Assembly: GCF_001194135.2 (NCBI RefSeq)
Contig: NC_068985.1
Coordinates: 31,298,748 to 31,362,747, forward strand
From: Octopus bimaculoides
Taxonomy: Eukaryota
Length of the DNA: 64,000 bases
Direction: 5' to 3'
The translations under genes and the position numbers were made by a program. Of the stretch, positions 23,454 to 36,406 are shown in pieces (within the stretch, counting starts at the first letter, position 1; each line of letters opens with the position of its first letter). Under the pieces are notes generated by a model. That model had not been told where the DNA came from and made no database searches. It worked only from the letters and a program-made list of their open reading frames with translations.

Positions 23454-26400
23454 AAAAAGAAACCAATTGTGGTTAGACCTTGAAAGCGTGTGCTCCCTAC
23501 ATTTAATGATTGTCCTCGACATGCCATATATCACAATACCACCTTAATTACACCAAGAAGCTGAGGACCAAAGGCTATAGATATATATATTTATATAGTC
23601 GAAATTTACAGAAAAACAAAAGATGAAGACAGGTGTATTAGTTTGAGGCTCTGGAAAGTAAGAAAGTCTTTTACGTTACGAGCTTACACTCTCCAACAGA
23701 AAGGAACATGAGGAAGTAAACAGAGAGAGAATAAATAAACTTGTAGAGTTAGCGATCAATCATGGCAATATATACACAGACACATACATGTTGAAACATG
23801 TACACATATATGTGCATGTGTATTCATGTATATATATATGTGTGTGTGTGTGTGTCTGTCTGTCTGTTTGTGAGTATATAAGTGCAAATCCCTTTCTTGT
23901 CCTTCCTCCTTGACAGCTGTATCATCTTTACTACTCCTGCTGCTTGTTCCCTTCCACTCCCTTCTGTATCCTTCTATCATCCTCAACTCATGGCTCCTTG
24001 CTCTTCTACCCTTCAGTCCTACCCATTTTGGCAGTCTGCCTCCCTTCATTCTCCTTCTCATACAATCTTGCAAACTGATTCTTCAACTTACCTTGTGACT
24101 TGTGGAGTCACTTAGGCACCTCATTACCATTATCTATCTCTTGCAGCTCCTATTATTTTTCTCTTTCTCTCCCTTTCTCCTACTAGATGTGATAGCCATG
24201 CAGATCTTCTACAAATAACTACACTCTCACTTCCCCCGTCTCTCGTAGTTCAGTCTTCTCATCCCTTAGAATGAATCCCTAGGGTTTGTAGTTCTGTGAG
24301 CTGCATGGCAATCTCAGGCACAAAATATTCACCCAGTCCATGCTGTAAAGTGGTTGGCAATAGGAAGGGCATCCAGTCATAGAAACCATACCAAAACAAA
24401 CATTGGAGCATGATGCACTTCTTGAACATGTTGGATTCTATCACACTGTCCAACCCATGCCAGCATAGAACACTGATGTTAAATGATGATGATGATGATG
24501 ATACACATACACACAAATAAACACACGTACACAACTTTTTCTTTCATATTTGATTTAGTTGGTATTTTTTTCTTTTCTCATATTACAGATTGATTTCACC
24601 ATGCACAAGACTATTTCACACCCAAGGAACTCCTTTGTATTTCCAGACAACTGATATACTTTAGTAAGTTTGATTGCATTTTATTGTTTACACTGTCATG
24701 TTGCTGAAGATTAGGTCTTTGAGTTTATCTGTTACATTCCTAGAAATAACATCTAATTCCATAAAACTTGGTCTTTTTATTGCAGTTAGGCTTTGTCAAG
24801 TAACATCAGTTTTGCAGGGAAGAATGCCAGTTAATATGGTTTGAATTATGCTAAGTCAGGAGAGATTACATCATTCTCAACAATAAATTAGTAAATTTTT
24901 TCACAAATATTTAATTGAAATATTACACTTTTGTCTTTGTTTTCCTTTTTCGTAAGTTTAAATTTTTTAATGGGTTTCTATTGATATCCTATCAATTTTA
25001 CTTGATGTATTGGAAAATGGAGAATTATTCAGATTAATTACACAGGCCAACAAAAATAATTTTTTTCTCTATTGTCAAACAAATTTGAACTTGAACTAGG
25101 GGTATTTTGACACACACAATCTGAATGTGACATCCATTTATTACTATTACATCAAGATTTTAAGATACTGGATCCATAGAATTTCATTGTTTTTTCAATA
25201 AAACAACTTATGAGGAACAAGGTATATCAAACATACACAGAAATTGATTTTCTTCAAAATCAGAATGTTTTCTGAAAAATCTCATAAAAATTAAAAAAAT
25301 TCTACTGACAAATTAACATTGTTTATGCCTAATTCCCCATGAATTTGCATTTGGATGATTTTCTTGAGTGCTGAGCCTCAGGAAGATTACAAACTGAATT
25401 ATAGCAATAGTCCACTACCATATGCAAGTCCCATCTGCCTTGATACCTTTGTTCTAGTGATTCTATGTCCTGATGGAAACATTCTCCCCATTCGTCACTT
25501 GTGTCACCAAGATTTACAGGGAATTTATTAAGGTGATGTGGAGATTGTGCAGCTTTATGCTCTTTTATGCTCTCAACTTTTGAAAGCTCTCCACCATGTT
25601 GTTGACTATTTCGGCTGCTTTCTGTTGCCCAGAAAGTCATTTACAACTATTACAAATGAATTCCATGCTGCTGCTTCAATGCAATTCATTGAATTTATAA
25701 AATTCTCATCTTTCTTCAATTTTCTGATTTGAGGCTCATCAAATGTTTCAGCTTTTATCTTTTCACTGCTCAGATTGGGAAATGTGCTGCAGATATAGTG
25801 AAAGCATGGTCCATCTTTATTCTGAGCTTTAATAAACTGCTTCATAAAGTCAAATTTGATTGGAGTGGAAGCTGGATGATTATTTTTCTGGAGAGAGAGA
25901 GAGAGAGAGAGAGAGAGCAACCACTATATTAATCTATCGTAATACTTATTTGAGTTCATGTTTTTTTTTTACTTTATAAAGATGACTACATTATTGTGTA
26001 GTAATTCTTTATCATCTTGTACATTTTTTTTTGTATTGCATGTACATTATTTATAAAATAAATTAAAATTTTTGCTTTTTAACCCAGAAATGTGTCTATT
26101 TAAATGAAAGTTATTTTCATTATTCTAATTAACTGCTGCAAAAATTTGAGTTTGCCTTATAAATATTTTCTTTTTAGTGGAATGCCAATGAAAAAAAAGA
26201 AGAGAACTGATGTCCAGCTGGTTATGGCTCGAGAACAACGTAAAAGAAAAAAGATTGAAAAACAAATAAAAAAACTTGAAAAATATTCTCAAAAATTAAA
26301 ACCTATTGAGGAAGTTCAAATAAGTTCTCAACTTCGGAAAGAAATTAAGTAAGTTGTCTTTAAAGATAATGATGAATTTCTGATGTTTATTTTCATTATA

Positions 26401-29400
26401 GATATTAAAAAGTTGTCAGAAATAGTGAAGAACCAGTGTACTTTACAGCATTTAATGCTTTAGCATTCATACTACTCTGTCATATGTAATGTTTATTTAT
26501 ACACACTGTTTTAAATTACCCATGCATTATCTCATAGCTTTGAAATTTTGATGATGTAATTGTTTATTTTTAGAATGACATTGTAGAATAGGTGGGAGAG
26601 GCTAAACCTGGTCAGTTTGAACATATAAGTAGAATATTTGGGCTGGATATGGTCTAAATACCAAAGAGTGTATTTCTTCTTTTTTAGTTTAAAATCAACT
26701 TCTTTCATTCATTTTGGATTAAAGTATTAAATACTTGACATATGCTGAGATTGATTTAATTCAACACAATTTTGTGTCATTGTATATGTAATACAAATTT
26801 CATTTTATATCCATTCTGGCCTAGCAAATGATATGTTGTGCCCATTAAAAAAAATGTAATTTTGTTAAATTTTATTCTTAACTTTATATTATTTTCATCT
26901 ATAAAACGAGCTGAATATTATCCACTACTTCTTCATCATCATCATCATCTTGACAATTAGTAAATTACCTTGTGACTTATTGTTTTGCTTCCCTTTTGTC
27001 TATGTTGATTAATATTTGAACAATGGTTTGATAGTATCTCTCTGAGATGTTTGTCAAATATGTATGAGGTACAATGTCATCATCATCATTTCCACTTTTC
27101 CATGGAATTTATTGAATCAGATTTCCTATGGCTGGATGCCTTTCCTGTCACCAAACCTTAACTGTTTCTAGGCAAGGTTGTATTTCCTCATGGCCACATA
27201 TTTTTCACAGAAGACTGGAAACAACATCATTTCTATGATGTTTTGCTCAAACCATCATGATGTCAAAACAAGGGTACACACAAACATGCTGGGCTGCTTT
27301 CAGTCTCTCTGTGCCAAATCTACCCACAAGGTTTTTGTTAGTCTGGGGCTATAATAGAAGACATTTACAAGATCTGTAAGCAGATTAGAGTTAACAGCCA
27401 TAGGATACCCTTCAATTATGTGAACTGACCAAATGGAAGAAAAATAAGAGACTTTGATATAAACAAATCAAACAGTGAAAGGCTAGAAAAAAGCAAAACA
27501 AACTAACCACTGATTCTCATTGAGTTGAATAACTTATTATTGTAATTATCAGCATCATCAGTGTTATTAGGGCAGTGGATTGGCAGAACTGCTTGAGTAT
27601 CAGGCAAAAATGGCTTACAGTATTTCTTCCAACTCTTTATATTCTAAGTTCAAATCCCACCAAGGTTAACCTTGTCTTTTATCTCTCTGGGATCTATAAA
27701 TTAAAGTACCAGTTAAATATTGGGGATCATTTTGATCAAAATTACTGGCCTTGTGTCTAAATTAAGAACAATTGTTAGGGTGGTAGATTGGCAGACTCAT
27801 TAGAGCATCAGAAAAGAGAGTGTTACAATGTTTCTTTACATTCTGAGTTTAAATACTGCCAGAGTTAACTTTGCCTTTCATCTATGCAGAGTTGATAAAA
27901 TAAAGTACCAGTAAAGTATTGGAACTGATGTAATCAATTAGTCTTCTTCTCACAAAAATGTTTTCCTTGTACCTAATTTAGAAACAGTTATTATCATTAT
28001 TGTTGTTCTCTTTTGAGAAGAGTGAACTTATGAAACAGTTCTGTAGAAGATTCAGATATATTATATTCTACTTTATGAGAAAATTATTATTATTATTATT
28101 ATTATTATTATTTGTGTCTGAAGCAAGAGGACACTTCCATGTGGCTTGTTTTCTTGAAAATTTGTTTTATTAGTAGGTAGTCCAAATTTTGTGGAACAGT
28201 TTACTAAATCACCCACTGTAAGTGGTCTGGCAAAAATTTGTCCTTTAAGGGTGAATTTTGAGATTTAAGAGTCAAAATAGCAATATGACTTCCCAAATTG
28301 AGAGAAGTGAAGGCTGTTAGAACAGCTGCTATGACATTATTGGAATTAGCCATAACTCCTCACTTTTGAGGATTGTTGCATTTGGGGGGGGGGGGGCTAA
28401 TTCTTCATTTGAAAATCTGACCTCAACTGTGCCAAAGCATCTCCAAGTTTTTATACCACAGACTGGTCTGGGCTTGCTCACCCACTCCAGTCTCCTTGAC
28501 TTCATTGCAATACATTTAAATATGGAGGACAATGTGGAGAGGGTATTTGCCTTAGTGTTCAGGGCAACTATGGTTTTGTAGGGTCTCCATGAGCAGCCCT
28601 ATGAAATCTCCCTCTTTTGGGGAATTATTCATTGTTATAATTTTATATTACTATTTTTCACTTTTTACATGCCTTTTGTGTTATCCCACATTGAATTGTC
28701 TTGTACTGTCCCCAATGTTTCATGCAAACTCTTAGTGGTTAATAAAGAAAACATTACTATTATTATTATTATTATTATTATTATACTGTCAATAAAAGGT
28801 GTAAGGTGGCAAGCTGGCAGAATCATTTAGCACTTTGGGCAAAATGCTTAGCGGCATTTCATGTCTTTAAGATCCGAGTTCAAATTTCGTCGAGGTTCAC
28901 TTTACCTTTCATCATTTCGGGGTTGATAAAATAAATACCAGTTGAACACTGGGGTCAATGTAATCGACTAGTCTCCTCCCCCAAAATTTCAGACCTTGTG
29001 CCCCTAGTAGGAAGGATTATTATTATGCAGCTGTCAGTAAAAGGTTTCCAGACACTTTGATATCCACCTATTTACTATGGAGTGGAAAAATATTGAACAT
29101 TGTTATATTTCAGTTTTGTAAACATTTATTAACTTGTATTTTAGTGAGATGTGTTAGTCATCCAGCATGATAGCACCAATCCCATCTCAAAGAAAATAGT
29201 ATTTGAAAATAAGAGAGAATTTTTAAAAAAGAGAAAAACTGTAAAAATCCTGCCAAATCAGTTACAGAAGTCTGATGCAGGCTTCTGCCTCACCATCTCT
29301 TGTCAAATCATCCCACCCATGCCAGCATGAAAGGCAGATGTTAAATGATGATGATGAATAGCAATAGCAGCCATTTTGCTAGGCAGAGGAAATTCCTTAA

Positions 29401-31372
29401 TATTGGTTGGATCCTGAAAGAGGAAAGAACGCGGAAAAGTATGTTACAAGGGATAGTACCTCCTTGCTTTTGAAACGGATTAGAAACTGGCAAAGAGGAG
29501 AGCTAAATATTTGTCTTGCCAAAATCAGTGGTTTCCGTGTCTCCTCAAGTCCTAGTTGATGTGTGTAATAATGCAGTTTCCATTGATGAGGGCAGGGCAT
29601 ATGGGAGTGTGTACTTGTTCTTTAACACCACATAAATGCTCACAAGTTGATGATGCAATATCTAGGGTGACGAAATTCAAGGATCATATACTACTAGTTC
29701 ATACACACTTTGAATGATAGCTGTAGTGATTTTAATGTGGCAAAATACTTTTATTATTTAATAATCTAATTCTTTTTTTTATTTTAAGTAGAAATGCTTA
29801 AGAGTATTCATGTATCTCTTTCATATTCAGACAGATAAATAGATATGAGTTTTTTATTTGTGTTGTTATATGAATGTGATTTTATGATTTTTGTTTTTTA
29901 AAGTCTGAGGTACCGTGCTAAACCAAAGTTGTCATTTGAAGAGTCTGAAAATCGAATGCTACTGAAAAAAGCTTGGTCAGTTTACCAGAAAAATAAATTT
30001 CATGAAGACCTGGTAGCAATGGATAATGCTGCAACTGCTCAGAAAGAAGCTTTAGCTGAACTTCGAAAAGAGTCTGAAGAACTCTATCACTTAGCTATTC
30101 AGGTAATAACTTTGTATTTTCTTTCTTCTTTGTTAATAGTAGATGTGTGTGAGAGTTTTACTGTTGAGAAAATTTTAGGAAAAGTAGTGAGGAGCTGTCA
30201 GTTTGACATGGGAAATTTGAAGTGAGCCTATTGTTTACATCTCTTGGTAGAGCTCTTAAGTAGTTTTCCTAAAGATACTTCTAGACAAGGGGTCGCCCAA
30301 CTTTTTCAACCATCAACCCCCTTTAGCTACTTCTCCATCTGCAATGACCACTTAATACCCTACCATACCATATCTTACATGCGTACCAGGTAATGATGCT
30401 GGCAAAAACGTTTATGAGATATGTATTTAATATCTCATCTCCCTTAGCAGGCTTAGTCATTAAGCAAACATTTGACAGTCCGCATCCCCTCAATCACTGA
30501 TTATGATATCAGGCCTTGAACGTTAGCAAAAGCAGATTTCTAGCTGCAGTGAAAAATTTACTAAGTTTTCCCATGTTTCATGGTGCTGACTAAGTATTTC
30601 AAGTTCATCTGGGTGAGCTGGTCTCTTGCACGCCAACTCTCATTCGACCCCCAGTAATTCCTTGCTGACCCCCTTCTAGACTGTTTCTTTAACTGCTGCT
30701 GTTTTAATAGGCTTATCCAATCAGATTATTTAAAATCATTCAAAATAAGAGAATTAAGAATTCATTCTTTTCTTCCTTTTCCATTGTTTCATTTTATTTT
30801 TGTACTAATCTTGTTCTAATTTTTCTTTGCTGTTCTTCATTTCAGTCCATGTTTTCAGAACCTGCTCTTCTACTGACCATGATTCTTAGAAGTATTTTGA
30901 TATGCTCTACCTTCTCTAGGCAATTTTAATTTTTTTCTCATCTGTTTAGTGTATTTGAGAAAATCATTTATTGTATTTTCATATTGCCATGGCTGTCTTG
31001 ATCCTATGTCTCCAGCTACCTTTCTCCATCAAGTTTCAACATTCAACCTTGTATTAAACAACTACACAACGCAATTATTTCAAATCACATATCTCTACTT
31101 ATAGTCCTCTCGCCTGAATACATTGGTTTATTGACTGACAATTATCGTAGTACAACTTTAGCTATCTATCTTTTCAAATAGATGTTTAATGAGCATAAAT
31201 TCACATTGTTTAATCAATTCAATAGCTCTCTCTTTTTTTTTCTTTTGGTTTGTTTTAGATTGATGAGCAGCTTATACCTTATACACATCAAGGACCTATG
31301 CGAACAATTCCAATTGATAATTATGAGTCACCTGATGGTGACTACAAAGACACATCTCGGAAATGGGATTAA
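21543..31372 (+). CDS. MRPL40: Mitochondrial ribosomal protein L40 (mL40), complete, 5 coding exons
   Basis: join(21543..21589, 24589..24663, 26178..26348, 29904..30102, 31259..31372). Phases are consistent (2,2,2,0). Presequence-like N-terminus MTSIISGFTKSLINPRLISPCTRLF. mL40 motifs: PMKKKKR, KLKPIEE, LSFEESENRMLLKKAW, QKEALAELRKESEELY, GPMRTIPIDNYESPDGDYKDTS. AATAAA at 31421. Confidence 0.92.
24589..24663 (+). CDS. MRPL40: MRPL40 exon 2
   Basis: ttacAG acceptor, GTAAGT donor, 75 nt; LISPCTRLFHTQGTPLYFQTTDIL. Confidence 0.8.
25041..25890 (-). mobile_element. CMC/Chapaev-like DNA transposon remnant in MRPL40 intron 2
   Basis: Transposase motifs MKQFIKA, FPNLSSEKIK, AWNSFVIVVNDFLGN, NLGDTSDEWGECFHQDIESLEQRYQGRW..VDYC. 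Terminus CACAGGCCAACAAAAA at 25041. The superfamily label is from recalled motif similarity. Confidence 0.75.
26178..26348 (+). CDS. MRPL40: MRPL40 exon 3
   Basis: GMPMKKKKRTDVQLVMAREQRKRKKIEKQIKKLEKYSQKLKPIEEVQ; GTAAG donor. Confidence 0.95.
28330..28785 (+). mobile_element. 3' end of a LINE (probably L1/Tx1-like) with AATAAA and (TTA)n tail
   Basis: Decayed ORF end (SSLLDFIAIHL..ERVFALVFRATMVL*), T-rich UTR, AATAAA at 28741, then a TTA repeat. Confidence 0.5.
28800..29025 (+). mobile_element. tRNA-derived SINE with Meta/Sauria-like central domain and (ATT)n tail
   Basis: GAGTTCAAATTTC B-box-like; CTTTCATC.TTTCGGGGTTGATAAAATAAATACCAG; tail AGGATTATTATT. Other copies: 16178-16290+, 21060-21140-, 22245-22435-, 27563-27775+, 27775-27990+, 47135-47355-, 50215-50445-. 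Confidence 0.72.
29904..30102 (+). CDS. MRPL40: MRPL40 exon 4
   Basis: LRYRAKPKLSFEESENRMLLKKAW...ELYHLAIQ; GTAAT donor. Confidence 0.95.
30286..30672. mobile_element. hAT (Charlie/Buster-like) MITE in MRPL40 intron 4
   Basis: Starts CAAGGGGTCGCCCAACTTTTT and ends in GACCCC motifs. CTTCTAGA is repeated at 30278-30285 and 30673-30680 (TCTAGA-type 8-bp TSD). The right TIR is eroded. Confidence 0.65.
31259..31372 (+). CDS. MRPL40: MRPL40 exon 5 (terminal)
   Basis: IDEQLIPYTHQGPMRTIPIDNYESPDGDYKDTSRKWD*; stop TAA at 31370-31372. Confidence 0.95.
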   Translation: MDEQLIPYTHQGPMRTIPIDNYESPDGDYKDTSRKWD

Positions 31373-34300
31373 CCAAGTACAGTTTTGTGATTGGTCAAAT
31401 GGAGTTAGTTTTTATATTGTAATAAATTATTGAAACTTTATAATATTGATATTGTAATTCTTATTTGAAAGGTGTATTGCAGAAAGATTAGGTAGTTTAC
31501 CAGACTAAGAGAATTTAATTAGGCTATCTTTGTATTTTAACTTGCTTGCTTTTCATTCTTCTGTTCATAAAATAAGTACAAGCCATTTACTAAAGTTGAT
31601 TCAATGAACTTATTGTTTGTTCTACTATAAAATGTTCATGCCCATATCATAAATTATTACATATTTTTGTTTCGATAGATTTTAATGCTTGCTGTTAAAA
31701 TGTAAAATCACTGTACTTAGACACAGGCATGGTTTTGTGGTTAAGAAGCTTGCTTTGCAGCCACATGATTTCAGGTCCAGTCCCAAAACTGTCATATATA
31801 TTTGTCTCCCTTGACAACTGCTGTTGGTTTATGCCCCCACCCGCAATAACTTAGCAGTTCAGTAAATAAACTGATATATGTATAATTGTTTGATCAGTGG
31901 TAGTACCCCAGCCTGGCCAGTCCTATAACAAGTAAAAGTTGAAAAATGAATTATTTTGAGATATCTGTTTTCGGCAACTTTGCAACTCTCCTTGATGGTC
32001 CTGCTGGTTCCCCTGCCCCCATGATTTTATTGTTTAGTAATCAAAAGCTAGTCCATCTGTTAAGTCTACTTTTCCTTACAATGCGATCATCAATAATAGC
32101 ATTTCATTCACCCCAATGCCAGTGAAGGCATGTGCACAACTATTGTGTAATATTTCAATTAACAATATATGAACATGAGAGGTAACTGCACAAAATAAAT
32201 GCTAAATATTCATGATTGCTTTGAGAGTTTAGTTATCACAATTGGCCTCAATAATGTGCATCTGTTTATTCACTAAGCATAAATGCTTAGTATATGTGCA
32301 CATACTATACTCACAAATTCTTTCATCTTAAAACTTTTGAATTAATTCATCCTTCCAGTCAGGATTGCTAATTCAATAAATTTCTAACTAGATCTAGCAT
32401 ATTTTAATACAATATAGCCAATGAATACAATCATCTAACTGACAGAAATTTAATTATTTTAAAAATAATGTAGATTATCATGATACATTCATTGCTAGCA
32501 GTTTACAATTAGATGACCTAATCATATTTCACAGCAAATTTAAAGACCTACCACATTTGGCAATTTCAGAATGGTCATAGCAGTAACAATGTGACTTGGT
32601 GGCTGTTTTGCCATTAGTAGTCTGTTTCTGTAACCCAGAACATAGGCGTTATTGGTGCTGAATTTATCTTTCCTGACTACCCAAAGTGAAACTGAATCAA
32701 TTTCTGTTTAGTGTTGAAAAGTGAAATTTAGATGTTATAAGGGAAGCTATATAAGGTCTGGTAGACTGTTTTATTAAAATATTTACTTTTTAAGAGAATC
32801 CAAACATTCAATTTATTGCTCTTATAATTCTTTAAAAATATCTATTTTAGTTAATCAGGTAATGATTTTAGCTAATTCTGGCTATAAGCTATAAATATTA
32901 TCTGATTGTTATTATCATCGTTTAATGTCCATTTTCCAGGCTGGCATGAATTGGATGGTTTGACATGGAGCTGTTCAGACTCCAACTGTCTGTTGTGGCA
33001 TGGTTTCTACGGCTGGATGCCCTTCCTAATGCCAACCATTTCACGTGCCACTGGCATGCATGCATTTATGCAGCACTGGCCCCTGAAAGAACAAGCTTGT
33101 ATGTATGGATTTTACTTACAACAAATTTCCACATTCCCAGTCCCTTGTCATTTCCTCAATGAGGCCCAGCGTCTGAAGATCCTTTCTCACCACTTCATCC
33201 CACATCTTTCCTCCACAATTTTAATTTGACAACTCTAGTTTCAATATGCCAAAATGAAAGGAGAGTACCGTGGTAAATGCTATCAATAACTTCAGAAACA
33301 AAATATGAAATCATAAATATACACAAAGCTGAAAGAAAGAATTAGTTTTGAAATTTTTCTTGAGGCTAGTGAATTGCATCTGCAATTTTAATGGATAAAG
33401 AAAAGTATTTCAATGGCATTAAGAAGTACACACTTCTTGCAATCTTCAATAATAAAGGATTTGTCATCCTTATTCTTTGCATAGAAAACTTTTTCTCAAC
33501 AGAACTCATCAAATGCAATGCTTAAGGATACCTTTTATACAAGCTGTTAATTTTGCTAAGGGTTTATCTTTTTTATGATGTTAAAGGATAAGAAGGAAGA
33601 CAGCTGAAGAAATATTTATTGCAAACTATAACTGGATTTATAGATATAATCACAGTCAATTATAGTCTGTTGCAGCATTCTTTTGTATTAAGTTGCAGAT
33701 TTTCCCCTATTATTTTAATTGTTTGAAAAGATTACCGATTTATATTCAGAGAAACATCAAATAAAAACACAGACATTCATCACCACAAATTAGTCTCTAA
33801 ACTTAACAATGTTCAGAAGGATGCCAAGAGTCAGATATTTATCCATCAACATAAATCTTTTAATATAGGTATAATTTAGTTAACTGTAACAGAATACATA
33901 GAAAGACACACACTTTGTTGTAAACAACTTGGAGTGACCTAAGAAACTTCATGGTGAGTATAATTCTGATCAGAATGTTGTATGGAGTTTACCTCTAGAA
34001 ACCCATTTTTCCACACTTCAATTAGTCCATTGACAATTTTTATTACTGCTCGAAAAGCTTTGCTTGAATTCATTTCATCATTTTACATCCACTTTCTGTG
34101 GTGGTACAGTCTGGATGGTTTGACCAGAATGCTATTTGGAGTATCATACCTTGCTCCAATGTCTGTTTTGGTGTAGCTTCTTGGGCTGATCAGGTCAATT
34201 TGTAATTTGCAAGACTAAAGACCTTACAATTGGGAGAGGGAATAAAAGTGAGTACGATGACAAAAGTGAGAGGTTTAGGTTGAAGGAAATTAATGCATCA

Positions 34301-36225
34301 TGAGAGGAACAGTTTTTTTTTCCAGTTAATTTTTGAACTATTAAGAAAGATTACAAAGATGTTTAAGAGGTACTAATGGTAATCCAGTGAGGTGGTTCAG
34401 TATAATGTGTGTGTGTGTGTTCATAAGCATAAGATCTCCACATTAGTGGGCACTGTTATTTTGAAACAGTATGTCTTAGTAGCTAACCATTGACATGTAC
34501 CTCAGCTCATATTTGTTGTGTGTGTATATAATACATACACTCACTTGCATGTATGTGTACATTATTTTGGTAGCTATAATAAAAATAAAGGCAATGAGTT
34601 ATAAAATGTAAGCAAAAAATTTGATGAACTTCACAGTACCAAATAAAATGTAACACAACAATACTGTACTAAGTAACCAGTCAGCTTGTTACATAATGGG
34701 CAAATAGATGTAAAGATGTTGATGTCAACAGATTGATTAAAAAAAAATAGATTACTGCACTCCTTTGTTACAAATTTTTTTTCTCTCTCCATGTAAAAAA
34801 ACAAAGTTCATGAAGGGTGTGTAAGAAGTCTGATGTATGATAGTACATACCGACAACACTGAAAACAGTGTTTTATGCATGGAGAGAATAGTCTGTTTGA
34901 TATGCTGTGCTATTTTTATGAAACTGGTTATATACAAGTAAGTTCAGAAAATGAGAGAATATGAAAATTACTGGATGATAGTTGACTCTCCTAATGATAT
35001 AGTTGCTAACAATTAGCTGTGCCTTACTGCTTGGCAGAGATGTAAGTAAAGCATTTCAAAGTTTGTTGTGGAGATAAATTATAGATTCAACTATATATTC
35101 ATTATAAAATTTTATATATAATACAAACACACAATAATCATTTTACACAATTCTCCCATATGCTAAAATGGTTATGTTGGTTTCGTTTGATAAGTTTCAA
35201 CAGCTCAGAAGACCAGGTCTTGCTCTAATGTCTCATTTTTGACATGGTTTCTACAGCTGGACTCTTCTTAATGTCAACCACTTTACAGAGAGTATTGTGT
35301 AAATTTTTTTGTTGCACCAGCATTGTTGGGGGTCGCCTTGCAAAGTGAAATAGAGCCCCCATGATGGTTGGGACAAATTTATCACTGTGAGCGGATGGTA
35401 ATGGTGACAGGGAGCACTAATTACATGGACTAAGTGATGGATGGGTCAGTCCACCAGTGATGCCAGCATGGTTGTATTATTTATCAGGGCTCAAGACAGT
35501 TTTCATTAGAGTTACATAAGTTAGTTGTTGGGTGTGATAGAGAAGAACCTACCAGAGATAGGGAAGTGAGTAATAGGAAAGAAAATGAAGAGTAGTGTCA
35601 GTGGGTTAGAGAGTGTGTATGCGTTTGATACGACAGTAGGGAAGGTTAAGTAGGAGGAGATGCATATTGTAAAATAATAAAGACAGGAATATTCATCATC
35701 TAATCCTTTATTAAATATGAACTGAGAACCACAGAACAAATTCTGAGTGTTAACAGTCAACATAAATCAAATTAGGGTTGCCAACAAACATACAACAATC
35801 TTCAACATGCACACACAGACACCATTTCCATATCAAAAGATTATTAAAAAAAAAAGGAAGGTATGTTATTTCAGTCAACAAGAGAGAGCTAGTCACTGAT
35901 CCATTTTATCTAGCTTAGAATGTCTTTTCTCTACTTTGTATGTTTTCTGAATGGGTTACATTAAAACTAGTTATCTTGTGTCAAACATTCAAAATGTACA
36001 CATACCAAAAAACAGGCTTTGCAAGTTTTTTTTAAATGCTGCTGTTACATTGATTGTTCTCAACATTTTATTGAATTCATTTATCATAAACTCATATTCT
36101 TTATATCTAGTTGGTTCATCAAAGATTCTTGAAAACACTGATACTTTTTTCTATATGGTTTTAATTTATTAATGTAGTATTTTAAGTTCACAGAAGAACC
36201 AGCATGAATAATGATATAAGTAGTG

Positions 36226-36406
36226 TTATAATGACTTAAAAGCACCATTCAGATCTTGCCCTAATGCTAAGTTCCCCAAGCGCCGTGATACTTCCAACTG
36301 TGCCAAGGTAGCATCAAGTAAAGTGTAGAGATGAGTGATTTCATGATCACTACGGGAAAGAGAAATTGCCTTATGAAAATTGGTAACTGCAGATTCTATA
36401 TTACCC
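36226..36406 (-). CDS. TOMM70: TOMM70 exon 12 (terminal)
   Basis: GNIESAVTNFHKAISLSRSDHEITHLYTLLDATLAQLEV...KSL*. Confidence 0.95.
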
